From contig OZ024745.1 of NCBI GenBank assembly GCA_964016885.1, forward strand, positions 17,174,001-17,238,000: 64,000 nt of DNA, written 5' to 3'. The DNA is from Eledone cirrhosa (Eukaryota). The notes below the pieces were generated by a model. It was not told the origin of the DNA, did no database searches, and saw only the letters and a list, made by a program, of their open reading frames with translations. Both the position numbers and the translations under genes were made by a program. This document shows, in pieces, positions 25,818 through 39,899 of this stretch; the stretch's first letter is position 1, and every line of letters begins with the position of its first letter.

Positions 25818-27891
25818 TGGTTGTCCATCGTAAACGATGATGACATCTTCTTCATTGTTGTTCCCGTCTGCCGTGGGTGCGAAGGTGTCTGTGGGGGCTG
25901 ATCCTTGACTTGCAGATACGGGGACAGTGGGGGAAGGGGAAGAGACTGGAGTCGCTTGGGGCAGCTGCTGATGCCTTTCTCCTCCTTTCAGGAGCCTCAG
26001 TGACTTCTGCCCGTCTGTTCTCTTCAAAATAGTCTTTGGCGCGTCTGGTAAGGGATCGCCACTCAGTCTTGTCCTGAGCATGGGACTCGAGTTGTTTTGG
26101 AGCGATTGCAGTGTTGTTGATGCTGGGTTCACACAGTCTGTTAACCTCTTAAGAGACGTGCCCTGCTTTCGTTTCCTCGAACAGTGTTCCCCATACATCA
26201 GTTGCTTCGGAAGCCTGTGATCGTCCATCCGGATGACATGTCTCACCCATCGAAGTTGGCTCTTCAGTATCATAGCTTCGACACCGGTTGTCTCAGCTAT
26301 GTCAAGAACTTCGAGGTTGGAGACCTTGTCCTACCATTTGATGTTCATGACTGACTGCAGGCTGCGCATGTGGAACCGTTCCAGGTGCTTCAGGTGCCTT
26401 CTGTACAGGGTCCATGTCTCACATCCGTAGAGGAGGCTGGTGAGAACAACGACACCTGTACAATTTGAGCTTCGTGGACTGCCTGATGTTGTGCTGGTTG
26501 AGGACATGTGTCCTCAGGCGGCCGAAGGCTTGACTCGCCTTGCAGATCCTAGGATGGAATGAGGGTCGGTGACGGAGGCAGGTGCAGGCTGGAACAGGAA
26601 CTCAGTCTTGCCAATGCTAAGTGTGAGACCGAAGAGGCAGCAGGCCTCCGCGAACTTGTTGACGATGACTTGGAGGTCAGACTCCCTGTGGGCCATGAGG
26701 GCACAGTCGTCAGCAAAATGTGCATCCAGGACGATCCTCTACACGGTCCTTATCTTGATCGTCAGGCGCAGCAGGTCAAACAGGGAGCCGTCCAGCCTGT
26801 ATCGCAGATACACTCCATGCTCGTGGTCCCTGACGGCATGATTGAGCACGCAAGTGAAGAACAGGTTGAAGAGGACGGCCGCCAGCACGCATCCTTGCTT
26901 GACGTCGTTGGTGATTCCGAACGGCTCCGATGCCTCTCCGCCCGAGCCTACCTGCCCGATCATGTCTTCATGGAATTGCCGTATCAGGTTCACGAACTTG
27001 GTCGGGATCCAAACTTCGACAGGATCGACCAGAGGGCTTCCATTTTGACAGTGTCGAAGGCTTTTGTCAAGTCTATGAAGACGGCAAAGAGGTCTATTTC
27101 TGCTCGACACACTTTTCTTGCACCTGGCGTACAGAGAGGATCATGTCGATCGTGCTGCGGTTTGGGCGGAACCACACTGGGCCTCAGCAGGTTGTCGTCC
27201 GAGATGTTGGCGATGAGGCATTTGAGTATGATCAGAACCAGGACCTTCCCAGCGATGGACAGGAGAGAGATGCCCCGATAGTTGCCACAGTCCGATTTGC
27301 TGCCTTTGTTCTCAAAAATCGAGACAACTGTGGCATCCCTGAAGTCTTTGAGCACATCTTCTTCCATATACTGGCGAGGCGGGTGTGGAAGGCTCCCCAG
27401 GGAAGCTGGACCGGCCGACTTGAAGATCTCGGCAGGAAGCTGGTCTGGTTGATTGCCTTCGTGACTTCATCCAACGTTGGTGGGGGGGGGGTCGAGGCTG
27501 CCGACTACGGGTTTCTGTGGTATATGGTCGAGGGCAGCAGGGTCGACAGTGGAGGGCCTATTGAGCAGGTTGTTGAAGGGCTCTCTCCACCTCGAGTTGA
27601 TGCTGCTCTTCTCCTTCAGCAGGGGCGAGCCGTCAGCAGACAGGAGTGGTTTGGTGACAGGCTTGAGGAGAGGGGGGGGGTCTGTAAACGTACCCAATGG
27701 CGCTGCAGAACATCTTGGAGTTCTTTGTGTCAGCGTATCTCTCGATTTCTTCGGCCTTCTTCTCCTACCACTCGTCCTGCATTCTGCGTAGCGCTGCTTG
27801 GGTCTGCCTCTGGATGTGGTTGAAGTGGTCGCGCTTCGAGGTGGAGGAGCTGTCATGTTGCCACTCCTCTTCTCGTCCGGGAGAGGAGGGC

Positions 27892-27895
<4 letters not shown>
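25815..27895 (-). mobile_element. RTE-clade (BovB-like) LINE, 5'-truncated, frameshifted
   Basis: CGNYRGISLLSIAGKVL, FIDLTKAFDTV, VKQGCVLA, YRLDGSLFDL, QLRWVRHVIRMDDHRLPKQLMYGE. (TA)n on both sides. Confidence 0.92.
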
Positions 27896-27935
<40 letters not shown>

Positions 27936-28425
27936 ATATAAAACACACACATGCACACACACACACGCACATGCGCACACACTCACAAACATATATATAT
28001 GTTGCTGGAAATAACACGTGACAACTAAATATACGATACGCCGCAGCTAAGCCTCAATATTTAGCTTCTCGCCCCGTTCTTTGGTAGAACGAAAACCTGT
28101 TGATGAACTGAATCATCTGTGTTCGATCATGAATACTACGAGCTTGCCAGTTACGTAAGTCTGATATTTGATTTCGGATTCATAGAAACACTTTAAACGC
28201 ATAATTTTGATTTGTCCAGGTGTATTTTTTTCAACCTGTTAGTTCTTTCGTTACTTTGGTATATTGTGTGTTAAATTTTGCCTACCACAATATTTAATTT
28301 GTCAAGCTATTTAAAAGTATGTTATTACTCTAAGGACCTACCTTGTCGAGTGCTTTGCTAACTCATTCATATAGTAGGCCCAATTTGCTTGCACACCGCC
28401 AGAGATTCGATTTTACTAAGTATCC

Positions 28426-28514
<89 letters not shown>

Positions 28515-29013
28515 GAGATTTAGACATATGTGGCACGACTGAGTGAAGAGGTGTAGAGTGCATAAGACGTAGAGATAGAAATATAAGTGGAAATAGAGAT
28601 AGTCGTTTAAAATGGAGTATCATACTTTTATCAAAACTATAATTACTAAATTCCATATTTTCTTGAATGATAATTACTTTGTTCTTACGAGAGGATCTTC
28701 TTGTCAATAGCAGAATAATTGATATCGTATTATACAAAGGAAAACAAAATAGTAAAATGCCCCTCCATTCCTATAATGTAAACATATTATTTACACAAGC
28801 TTAATCCTTCTTTATAATTGGAATATAAACAACAAACCGAATATCAATACGCTATAGGAGAGAGATATGCTTAGTGTTTACCGTAACGTCGTCATGCATC
28901 TTCAAACGAACAGGGTTCACTTTATTTCGGCTGTAAGCGATACTAAAGCAATAACACTTCCACTCCAAAACATTATGCAATACTTTGAAGATCAATGTAT
29001 TCCGTTTCTAAGG

Positions 29014-29061
<48 letters not shown>

Positions 29062-29065
<4 letters not shown>

Positions 29066-29485
29066 GGAATAGAATGAAACGAAATTTCATTTCTCACTCT
29101 TAGTACGGCAATTACCTAAATGTAAGTATGTATGTATGTATACGTACATACATATATGTATACAGACGTATAGTAGTATGTATATATATACATACATGCA
29201 CACATATATATATGCACATATCGGTTTACCGAACATTTATTATAATGCTCGGTTTGTTTGTTTGTAAACAGCCCGAATTACGCCGTACAGTGTTTATGCA
29301 ACCACGTCACCTTTTTGTTCAAAACTGACACAGGAACGATGTACTAGTTTCAAGCTTATTAGCTATCGTCAGTATCGTATACCTTCCTGTCAGATGGTTG
29401 AACGTCTGAAAGTATATACTTTCCTTATGCACATTAACGGCTGAGCAGCCTAATTTGCTTATCGAGTGATTTTAGTCGGCCGTGC
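29062..29485 (-). mobile_element. ORF-less HHR-bearing ~430-bp repeat (retrozyme-like), copy 1
   Basis: Homologous to 53095-53580 in permuted order; HHR at 29337-29377. Confidence 0.75.
29337..29377 (-). ncRNA. Minimal hammerhead ribozyme
   Basis: cgata CTGACGA tagct aata agctt GAAA ctag TA catcg. Confidence 0.75.
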
Positions 29486-29526
29486 TATATAGAAGTGGTT
29501 ATATATATAGTGGCTAAATATATATA

Positions 29527-32113
29527 TAGAAGTGGTTACACAACAGTTAGTTCACCATACCGAGAACAATTGTTTCACCTTAGCGGATCCTCAGCTCGTA
29601 ATGGGCATCCTTATAGGAACAGGAAGGACAACCCTACGAAACCGCATGCGCAGAAATCCGGTCACTTCACACAGGCAATACTAGAATGCGTGCGAGAGGT
29701 GTAAGGGAGATAACTGCGAAAGTCCGGAAAGTTTTTAGTTGAAAATAAAATTATAAGGAATCAGTCCAGAGCCTTGTAGTTATGCAATAGGTGTTTAGCG
29801 ACGTGTGGACAACGTGTAAAAAATTCATTTCCCGAGTTTAGGCAATCGCTATTGCGTAATCTCTTTAGAATAGTTATTCGTTCGTCAATACATAAGCCAC
29901 ACGTCGGATTTTCCCTTGTGTATTGCTTGGACTTAGTGATGTCTTTCCATTGAATGGAGTAGTCTATACTTGAGTCCTTGAGGGACCATACGTGGCTCGC
30001 GAGTTTCGTGGATGAACGTATGTCCGGGTACCTGAAGGTAGACTGGTGGTTCAGGAAATGTTCCTTAAATCGGGCCTCCGTCATGCCCACATAGGATTTG
30101 ACCTCCTGTGGTTCGTTTGGTCGGTTGGAAGTAACCACAGCTTCATAAATTACAGCTGATGTGCTGCATTGCTGTTGAAGGGGGCAAGCTTCGGGCTTAC
30201 AACAAGAGCACCCTGGTGGGTTGGTGCTCCTAGGGCTGCTGGTGATGTGGGCCTTCATGTTCTTAGCGCAGGAGTATCCTAGTTTAACTTTGTGTCGTTT
30301 AAAGATGGAGCGGTATTTATGACCTATAGGAAAGTGTCTATTTAAGAGGGCTAGACATTTTTTTCCTACATTGGTTTTAACGTTGAGTGAAAAGGGAGGA
30401 GAGAACCAGATAGTTTGTCTATTGTTGCGCTTACTTTTATTAATTGTTGCTAGTGGGAGAGTAAGGGATAGGTTGTGAGAAGCCGCTGTTAGCGAACGCC
30501 GTGTTATAGTAGGGTGCCGCCCTGTCAAAGATAGCCTCATTAGAGGAGAGGTTTGAGATTCTAGTACTGATATTCTTATCGAAGTTTCTAAAAACGGTGG
30601 GAGGGTGGCATGAGTCCTTGTGAATGTAATTTAGTTTCTCGTTTAGCTTATGGAAGGGTCTGTGGGTGTGTGTGCGAAGGTCTAAATTAATGTTTAAGAA
30701 ATCTACGCTAGAGAGGTTGGTGGCTACTGTTATCCTAAGTCGTAACTCATTGAAGGTAGAAGCTAAGTCTTTTTTAAAACAGTCGAGGTCGTGGCCACTA
30801 TTATGGCTTGATAAAGTCATTCCATCGTCGCGGTATATTCCCGTGTGGAAGTCCGGGAATCTACCACGTAATATGTCTAAGATAAATAGGCCAACCAAAT
30901 CACATACGTCAGCACTGTCAAACGATCCCATGGAGACATCGAATAGGTCTGAAGTTGTAGAGTTCTTTGCCCAGGCTACTCCGTCGTTGAAGAGGAGGGT
31001 TTTCCGGCAGTGAGCGATGATTTCGCTCTCTAAACCGTCGACGGTGGTATAAGTGGTAGCGAAGTCCAACGCTTTGTTTAACAGGGTCTCTGAGATCGAC
31101 GGGTAAAAATCGACAATATCAAACTGTGTAAACTTCGCTTTTTTGGAGTTTAAGGAGTTAAACCACTTAATTACAGAGTCGCTGTTCTCCCACTGGGGCA
31201 CGTTGGACTTCGTCCTAATGGTCTTAACTATGTTTCTAAGCATGGCCTTACTGACTAGTCCCATATCTGTGCGTGCCGGGTTTAATAGTCTACATGTGGG
31301 GTTAGAAGTAAAGTCTACCTTGTGATCTTTCAGGGTGAGGAACGCCTCCCGCTTAGCTAGAGATTGTAGCTCCTTTAAGGTCGGCGGCAAGTTCCTTAGC
31401 TTCTGTATTAATGTCGTGGTAGGCCATAGGGTTAGCTTTCTTATATTTAGAAGTAAAGCGTTATAGGCCAGGTGGCGGAAAGTGGTGTTGTCGACTTCGT
31501 AAATATTATTAGTTTTGTCGGATAGAACGAAGGTGTTATTAGTAGACCTAAATTTCTTAATATCATTTCTGAGTTTCGTTTGAAAGGTGTTAGTGTGTTT
31601 GCGAAAGGAAATGTTAGCGACTAAGTCAAGAAGGTCCGTCTCGAAAGGAGCAAGTTCAGTTACCTTAGGAGGGTAGGCTCTCGATTTCAGGTTGAAGGTG
31701 GTGTTGGTGCCTGTAATGTTGCCGTCAAAAGCTAGCGCTTGCCATCTTAAGCGTCTGACGACATCTTCAGCTTTTTGTAGGAGGAGCTTTTGGTTAATAT
31801 GGTTGGAGGGAGTTGGAATGTTCTTCAGGGAGTAATCCAGTTCTTATAAATTCGTACTGACGTTGATGAGACGCAAAATTGTGTAGGACACGAGGATATA
31901 GAGAGCGCTCTCAGGGTAGTAAGCAAAACTCGCACGTGGTGAAGAATCTGCTAAAAGACAAACTTCTATCTAGTGAAGAGAATCTGCTAACCGGTGCTGG
32001 AGACGTATATAGTGGTGGAACACTGGAAGGTAATATCCGTAGTGGTAGAGCACTCAGTCCATAGGACGAGTTAGGTAGAAGAGGTTACACAACAGTTAGT
32101 TCACCATACCGAG

Positions 32114-32117
<4 letters not shown>
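29527..32117 (-). mobile_element. Near full-length Penelope-like element (RT + C-terminal GIY-YIG; probably Hydra-type), frameshifted, with a ~40-bp terminal direct repeat
   Basis: N-terminus YSLKNIP..RRLRWQA, SDKT; LKDHK..NPTCRLLNP, FDIVDFYPSI, MGSFDSADVCDLVG, GIYRDDG; CSC..CPL..C, VIYEA..YVGMT..FKE. 29528-29568 is repeated at 32077-32117. Confidence 0.92.
29561..29598 (-). ncRNA. Minimal hammerhead ribozyme in the 3' pLTR
   Basis: cgag CTGAGGA t cc gctaa gg t GAAA caattg TT ctcg. Perfect 4-bp stem I and a 10-nt palindrome AACAATTGTT. Confidence 0.8.
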
Positions 32118-32163
<46 letters not shown>

Positions 32164-32554
32164 AAGAGAGAGCAATTGGTAGATAACATTGTACACTAGT
32201 AAGAACATGTTCAGGGAAGATCTCCAAACTTCGGAAAGTAAAGTGCCTGTAGTGCAAATACCAAGGACTCGATGGCTGAGTTCACGTCGATTTGACGGCG
32301 AATGAATAACACCCCTTTGATTCCTATAGAAAAGCAATCGCTGCGAACTATATACATACACACACACACACAAACACACACACACACCCATATATATATA
32401 TATAGTTATATATATGTATATAGTTCTCAGAGATTGCTTTAGTGTAGGAACCTAAGGGGTTTTATCCATGCGAACTACACACGCACCCCCCCCCCCCCCA
32501 CCCACACACACAAACACACACAAACACACACACACACACATACACACACACACA

Positions 32555-32608
<54 letters not shown>

Positions 32609-32728
32609 AAGGACAGATATTCTTCCTAATCAAATACACTTTTCAGCAAACACAGGCTCACCCTCAGGTTTACTGTGCTGAACGGTATCAACCGTCGGGC
32701 AATAACCCTTATTTAAAATATATATATA

Positions 32729-33120
32729 CTAGCAGTCTCCCGGGCTTCACCTCTGTCTGTTCTGTGCTCAAATCCATTCATAAGGCACATATTGTCAACT
32801 GTTGTGCTGTCCATTTTCCTTAGAATAAAAAATGTTAAATATATTTAAATATGGCATAACATAATTTTCAAAATTTACCCGTTCAAATATCTAAGGAAGG
32901 CGGAATGCCCCGTCTTGAATAATAACGAAAATAACAGAAAAATGTATTCTTCGAGTGTTATAAACATTTACAGCACTTCAGTATATTAAATGTTTTAAAC
33001 ATTTTTTTAAAAGCATTTATGATGTCTTCTTAGTCTAGTATAACCTACATAAAAAGTTCCATGAGAGAAACTACCCTCTTCTAGATGTATATCAGCAACC
33101 AACACTATTTTAACTTTGGG
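32729..33120 (-). mobile_element. Probable non-autonomous Helitron 3' end (right boundary uncertain)
   Basis: Minus strand ends ...gaagcccgggagactgCTAG/t, similar to the end at 37983. Confidence 0.45.
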
Positions 33121-34023
33121 ACTTGTTAATAGTCATTACGTAACTGACTCTCACTGAGAATTGCAATCATTTGGAATGAAAGGGGACATATTTTGGTATT
33201 AGTGGCATTCTAGGTAAAAACAAGATGTCTCCCTTACGACATCCATTGGCAACGCTGGCTGTGACAATGTGATGTATTTAGTTCAATCACAACCATATAG
33301 TAAACATTTAACAACATTGCTTAAATAAAAATATATGGAGTTGTTTCAGATTAAAGTATATCAGCATCGGTGGAGAGAATCTGGCTTTTGACAACATGCA
33401 TTGTGGTATTTAATTAACGCCCTTCACGTTATGATTAAAAAACGTACCGAGTTCGATTTTAACTTTCATACTTCTAGGGGATGGAGGTGAAATCCAGCCA
33501 GTCACAGGGCCAACATAATCGACTGTCTTCCATTCAAAATAAGGGCTAACAAGTCCTTAGAAAACCGCATTATTTGCATTATTCGTTACGGCACGTGCAG
33601 ATAAACAGAGTACCAATCTAGTACTGGGCCCTATCTTCTTCTCTCCCTTTTAAGTTGTTTGCATATACAAACAACACTATGTCTGTCATTTTATCTATAC
33701 CATTCTATCTATCCATCTATATATGTATTCCTTTGTTTCTGGAAAAAAATGCTGTAGTCGAACTTACAGGGAAATATTCTGTGGAACGTTTATGCACAAA
33801 TCAGGCCGTATATTGAGCTTGCACTTTACTTCTGGAGAGTGGTGTGCTGATGATGGGAAGAAATATAACTGTAATCAAGTATAGCAAAGTGACATTGATG
33901 CATTCATTGAATTGCTTTACTCTTAAATAAAATCAAGCCATCAAATGTTTCATATAATTGAATTGTTTAATCACCTGATAGGTACATTTAAGGATGCGTT
34001 AACAATTGTTACATATTTTTTCT

Positions 34024-34206
34024 AATAATTGTTTCTTCATTTGGCACAAGGCCAGCAATTAACCAGTGTATTACTGGTACTTTATTTTATCGACCCCGAA
34101 AGGATGAAAGGCAAAGTTAACCTCGGCGGAATTTGAACTCAGAATGACAAGGACCGTAACTCTATGCGTCAAATATGGCGTCCAACCCTCTACCGATACT
34201 GCCAAT
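34024..34206 (-). mobile_element. Meta-domain-like SINE
   Basis: Reverse complement of the family consensus. Confidence 0.88.
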
Positions 34207-36192
34207 GCAATCTATCCAGAGAGTATAACTTTCGAGATTCCATTGTGCAAAAATATTAAATGTGTTTATTAAAATACTCCTTCCTGTTAGTTCACAACTT
34301 TATAAAATATGATTATTGACATAACTAAGTAATTTACTTCGTGTCATCAAAATGGCGTTGATCTAAAACCATCTGACAATTCGTTGATTTTAGAATATGT
34401 ATCAAGTCAATGTGAAATGTAATTTACAATGGATAATCAATTTTATATTCTGACTTTAATGATGTATTGAATTCTTATATAAAAATCTGCAAGAATGCTA
34501 TTTCTTAGGTGACGACAATATGAGACCAAAACGTCTCCTTGTTTAAATGAGTCTCCCTGTTTGTAATAACATCTCTTAAATAATGTTAAATTATGTTCCT
34601 AGTTAATGAATGTACCATGTGTAATTTAAAAGAAAATGATTAAATATATTAGAGTTTTAGAGTGTGACAGAAGAAAGATACACTATCTTGACAAAGGGCA
34701 ATAACCCAGAAACAATATTATTGTCGATTGTTTCTCTCTGTCACTGCTACGACAAAAGGATTGCTATGGTTATTTAAAACCATGCCTAATGAGGCTGTTC
34801 ATATGCAAAGAAATCGAATATTATTATTATTCGATATAAAACTTACAAATGCGATTATATGTCCAATGTTCGTATCATGACAATAATAATATTAATACGA
34901 TGATAATAATATTAAATGGCCTTCATTTAGCAATAATGGTTGGGGCATAGAGTTGCGTCCCTTAACGTCCGAAGTCCAAATCCCGCCGATAAAATAAAGT
35001 ACCAGCAATTGTTGGTAAGACATTCCCAATTCCCGTTCAATCATCAACATAATATTTGTTATATTGATGAACATTATGATTCAACACATGAACAGCCAAG
35101 AAAGTTCCAATACTAATCAGATCTAATCACATTAATTAACTTTATGTGTGTCTTTTGAAGATTCAAGAGAAATTCAATATGGTAAACTGCCTTTGTTCTT
35201 ATCCCTACAGTAAAAAAGGAAAACGAATCCACTCAGATAAGACAGAATTAAGTATTCTACCCTCATGTCTAGTAATATACTTACTGAATATATATTTTTC
35301 TCCGCATAATTCGTATTTGCGAGTTAATGTCAGTTAACTAATATTTTATCTTTATGGCATATATTAAAGTTAATATATTTTAAAAACAATTATTATTTAT
35401 GATCTTCAAATCAGTAAAATTCTTTGGTTTTAGTATGCTACTTACCTATTTTTAAAGTTCTGTTAAACTTTTCTCGAATAATTTAGTATTCACCAATAAA
35501 AAAATATATTCTAAGCTATGCATTTGCTAACGTGATAATAATACTCTTGGGTAAACTATGTGCATTTTTATAACGATAACGATTTAAATGTCACCGATCT
35601 TTGCCTAAAATTCCATTGCAATTATTTCATGGATAACTAGAGAAAATTTACATTATAACCGCCTATTATTTCTCCATTGATAATAGTGTAATGTTATGTG
35701 CAGTTGTACAGTAAAGCGGTTATATCCCACATGGAGAATGTTTTAATTGATTTTATTGCTTCTTCTTTCTGTACCACACGATAAGAGTATACTCTAGTCA
35801 TTTTATCTTTTCCACCCTCTACCTTCTCTCCCCCTCTCTCTCTACATCTATTTCTATACAGATACACATCGTGCATTTGCATATGTGTGTGTTTGTGTGC
35901 GTGTGTGTGTGTATGTGCGTGTGTGTGTGTGTGTGTTGTTTCCTTTCTTTCAACTAAACACTGTTTAGCCTCGATCTTAATCGACCGGTTACAAGGACCA
36001 CATATGTATGCATGCGTAAGTATGTACGTATAAATGTATGTATATATATTATGTGTGCGCATGTATCTAGCCATGTTCCTACCTACCTATCAATCTAGCT
36101 ATATATATATCCTTATATCTCTATCACTCCCCCCTCTCTCTCTCCCTCTCTCTCTCTCTTTGTATGTATATATATATATATGTATAAATATA

Positions 36193-36257
<65 letters not shown>

Positions 36258-37982
36258 GTGTGTGTGTGTGAGTGTGAGTGTGTGTTTGTGTGTCTGTGTG
36301 TGTAGTGATAGTGTGTGCGCATTATTATCATTTTTTTATTATGATCACGCACATTCTTTCATCTCGGATTCTGTCTTGTGGTTTTTATCTGATGCGGCTG
36401 TTCTAAGAACAAAAAAATCTTTTATCTTTTCCTTAAGCTCAACCAGGAAGTGATTTATGTCCCCTAATATCATGCAATGCCTCATTGTAGAAAATAAACG
36501 TAATTATTTCCATAGGAAAATGTCCACTAAAGCAAATAAAATGTCTAGAATTTTATACATTGTTCTTAGTAGAATGTAATTTATGGATTCGTCTAGGAAT
36601 ATCGATTGAATTCCAGTAATTATATTTTTTTTTAAATGTCTTAAATGAAAATATAATGTACTCTATACAAGAGAATAAAAGAGCCAATGCACTATGAATT
36701 TTAAGATATAAAACACGCTATTGTATTTGATTAACGAACGTGGAGCATAATATAAAACTTATGTTACAGTTCATAAAACGTGTAATGATTGATATTGTTA
36801 TCGGTGTTGAATTGCAGGACTAAGCCTGAATATGTTGAAGTCCTAATGAGATTATCTGTATGTAAATGATGTTACGAGATAACATAGCTTACTAATATTT
36901 TGTTAATGAAAATACATATTTGTTGCTATAATATATTCATATTGGAAAACTATAATAAAAGTATAAATGGTTTGATGGATTTAACATATAGGTCAAATCT
37001 ATCTCGTAAGAATTTATTTATATGCAAATGAGCGACTGTAGTGTAAATAATCGGGATCATAGGCTATGAAAAGTAATTACTGAAAACGAAAAAGAAAAAA
37101 ATACCAAGAAAAAAACCCCCAAAAACCCCAAAACAAGCAATTGATTTATTAGAAACTTTAAAATATAACCATGAAATATAAACATAATCAACTGACTCTA
37201 TCACATAATACTACGATAAAGTCAAAGCTTTATAGATATTAGATGAATTGATTGCCCTTATTTTAATTAGTTATGTATTTCTGGACTTCTTCAAATCTGG
37301 AAAACTAAATAGCATACATGAAAAGGAAAATATTGTGACATTAACGAAATATATGTGAGCTTAGTCAATTTCGTTCTCCCTTATTTGATGTGATCTTCCT
37401 ATCACAAAATGACACAATCCATGATATTTCATGGTATATAAGTATTGTTCGGTTATTTGAAACCCAGAATATTTCTGAAATATTATAACTGGAGCCGACG
37501 TTGTACCAATTCTAACATGACCTTTATTTACTCAGGACTTTATAAATAACAATATCAATATTAAGAGGAAAGCGAGCAGTTTATATTTTACAGTATCTAC
37601 AATAGAGCTAGTATTTGTTTTATGTATCATAGAAGGATGCAAACATCGATTGGAGATTAATTCTTGTAAAATTTAGTAGGTGGAAATAACCAGGCATTTG
37701 CCGCTTTGAAATGTTCTTTCTGTTGTTGCACGCAGACAATCTAGGTTTCTGATGTAACTATATACTTTCCACTTACTCTTCTTCGAGTCTTGAACGTCTT
37801 TCACAATGATGTGATGCCCTGTTGCTCTTTTCTAACTAAGACATACCAAGATATTTCAGTTTAATCATCACAAATTTCAAGTACAACATAAATACAGTAT
37901 TCAATATTCAGACAATGATGTTAATGAAAAACCATAGCATATATTTCCATTTCTGATTAAGTTTGCTTATTTTTATTCTGTA

Positions 37983-38509
37983 CTAGCAGTAAAGCCCGGC
38001 GTTGCTCGGGGTCGCTCAGTAGCTGTGTTAAAGTTACAATGTTAAGTTTCTTTTTTGGCTTAAAAACTGTAGTGTCTACTGTGCAGACTTGCATGTGGTG
38101 TTTTTGATTAATATTCCCTCAACCAACAATATGCCTTATGAAGTTAAGAAAACATAACGATAACCCGAATGTTATAACAAAATAGGATGCTGGGGATAAA
38201 AACTGCACTGGTTATTTATTAACAAAGATCGAACATGTAAACACTGCAACGCAGAGAAAAACAACGTAAGACGCTCAATGTAAACAGAACAAAGGGAAAT
38301 AACTCGTCACTTACGCTCAAAAATCGATACTTTAGATTCAATTTCGTCACATAGGGTGGGTCAATTTGAAATATTTTTTTTCCGATGTCTTCGCTAGGGC
38401 TCAATGTACAAGTATAGCAATTTCGGTGCAATTCCGTCAGAGATTCTAAGAGAAGATGTGTGCCAAAAATCGATAGACAGACAGACAACCACAGCTTTAT
38501 ATATATAGA
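37983..38509 (-). mobile_element. Complete non-autonomous Helitron
   Basis: 5' a/TCtatatatataaagc..(gtct)n, subterminal hairpin cccgagcaacgccggg, 3' CTAG/t. A^T insertion with no TSD. Confidence 0.85.
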
Positions 38510-38677
38510 TTAATATATCATTGTATTTATATTTCGAATATTCATTATCTAAAATATTGCATATTTCAAATCATGGGATTTATTTTAAATGTTGGATTGC
38601 TTAATGACATTCAAAATATCATTGCTGGAGAAAGAAAACGTATAACTGACAAAGTTTAATTTCAATGCATTTTGTAT

Positions 38678-38991
38678 ATCTATCTATTTACTACTAAAAC
38701 TATTGTGATCGTCTGTTTGTCTATAATGTTATACAGTCAAAACGGTGCATAATGGAAAAATACTTTGAAAACATGTTGCCCCTGAAATGGGAATGCAAAT
38801 AGAATAACAAAAGTTGTGCGTAAATCGAAATACGTGTTCCGAAGATACTGCGTTTATCCTTGTACCTTCATAAATAAAGAGATAGGAAGGTAGACAGAAA
38901 GAGATAATGGTTGTGAGAGAGTAAATTGAAAGAGAGACATTGAGAGAGACACAGGGACAGAGAAGGAAAGTGGAAGAGAGGGAGAGGGAGA

Positions 38992-39082
<91 letters not shown>

Positions 39083-39280
39083 TAATGTTGTGGCTCCAAA
39101 GAACCGAATCCAGCATTACTGTATCTAACTCGAAATTAGTGACTGAATATTACGTCATATGAATCATGTATCATATAACTCGTGTTTAGAGAGGATGTGT
39201 AGAGAATATTTCCTGGTAAATTGGAAGGGTTTCTAATATATTTAACTGAGCGCGATACAACGGGTCACTGGTGGTCCTGT
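38678..39280 (+). mobile_element. Helitron-like repeat containing (GA)n; second copy about 41960-42473
   Basis: Starts TCtatctatttactactaaaac. 39100-39236 matches 42056-42189. The 3' end caacgggtcac.ggtggtc(c/t) ends CTAGt in the second copy. Confidence 0.6.
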
Positions 39281-39376
39281 ATATATATATATATATTCGG
39301 TAAAGGTAACCATAGTGAGTAAAGTTAATTTTTTTTTTATTTATTTTGAAACTTTTTCTTATTAGCTAAACCTGAT

Positions 39377-39530
<154 letters not shown>

Positions 39531-39899
39531 CAGGAGTAATGTAAAAACAAGGAGTGCAAATCAACAGGTTAAAATTAACTTTGTTTATTCATATTCGCTG
39601 TCATATATATTTCAGTGATAGCCATTATTCAACAGTTATAACCTCATCAGGCAGTTAGATCTTGAACAAAAAAAAAACAGAAAAACATAATGTTGGAATA
39701 GATTTTACCTCCTTCATACATTGATATGTTCAAATCCAGAGTGTGGTGTTAATCCTCTAAGGAACTGAAAGCCTATGATTTAGAATGAACGAATTCTAGC
39801 GTCCAAAGGACATACCTTCACCTAATTGGTAAGATACCATATCAACACCCCAGCCGTAAATATATGGAAATTCTTCGGTCAGTTATCCCAGAAACAGGT

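Noticed and set aside
26559-27823. Long plus-strand ORFs (240 and 297 aa)
   Set aside because: Antisense shadows of the GC-rich RTE element; the real motifs are on the minus strand.
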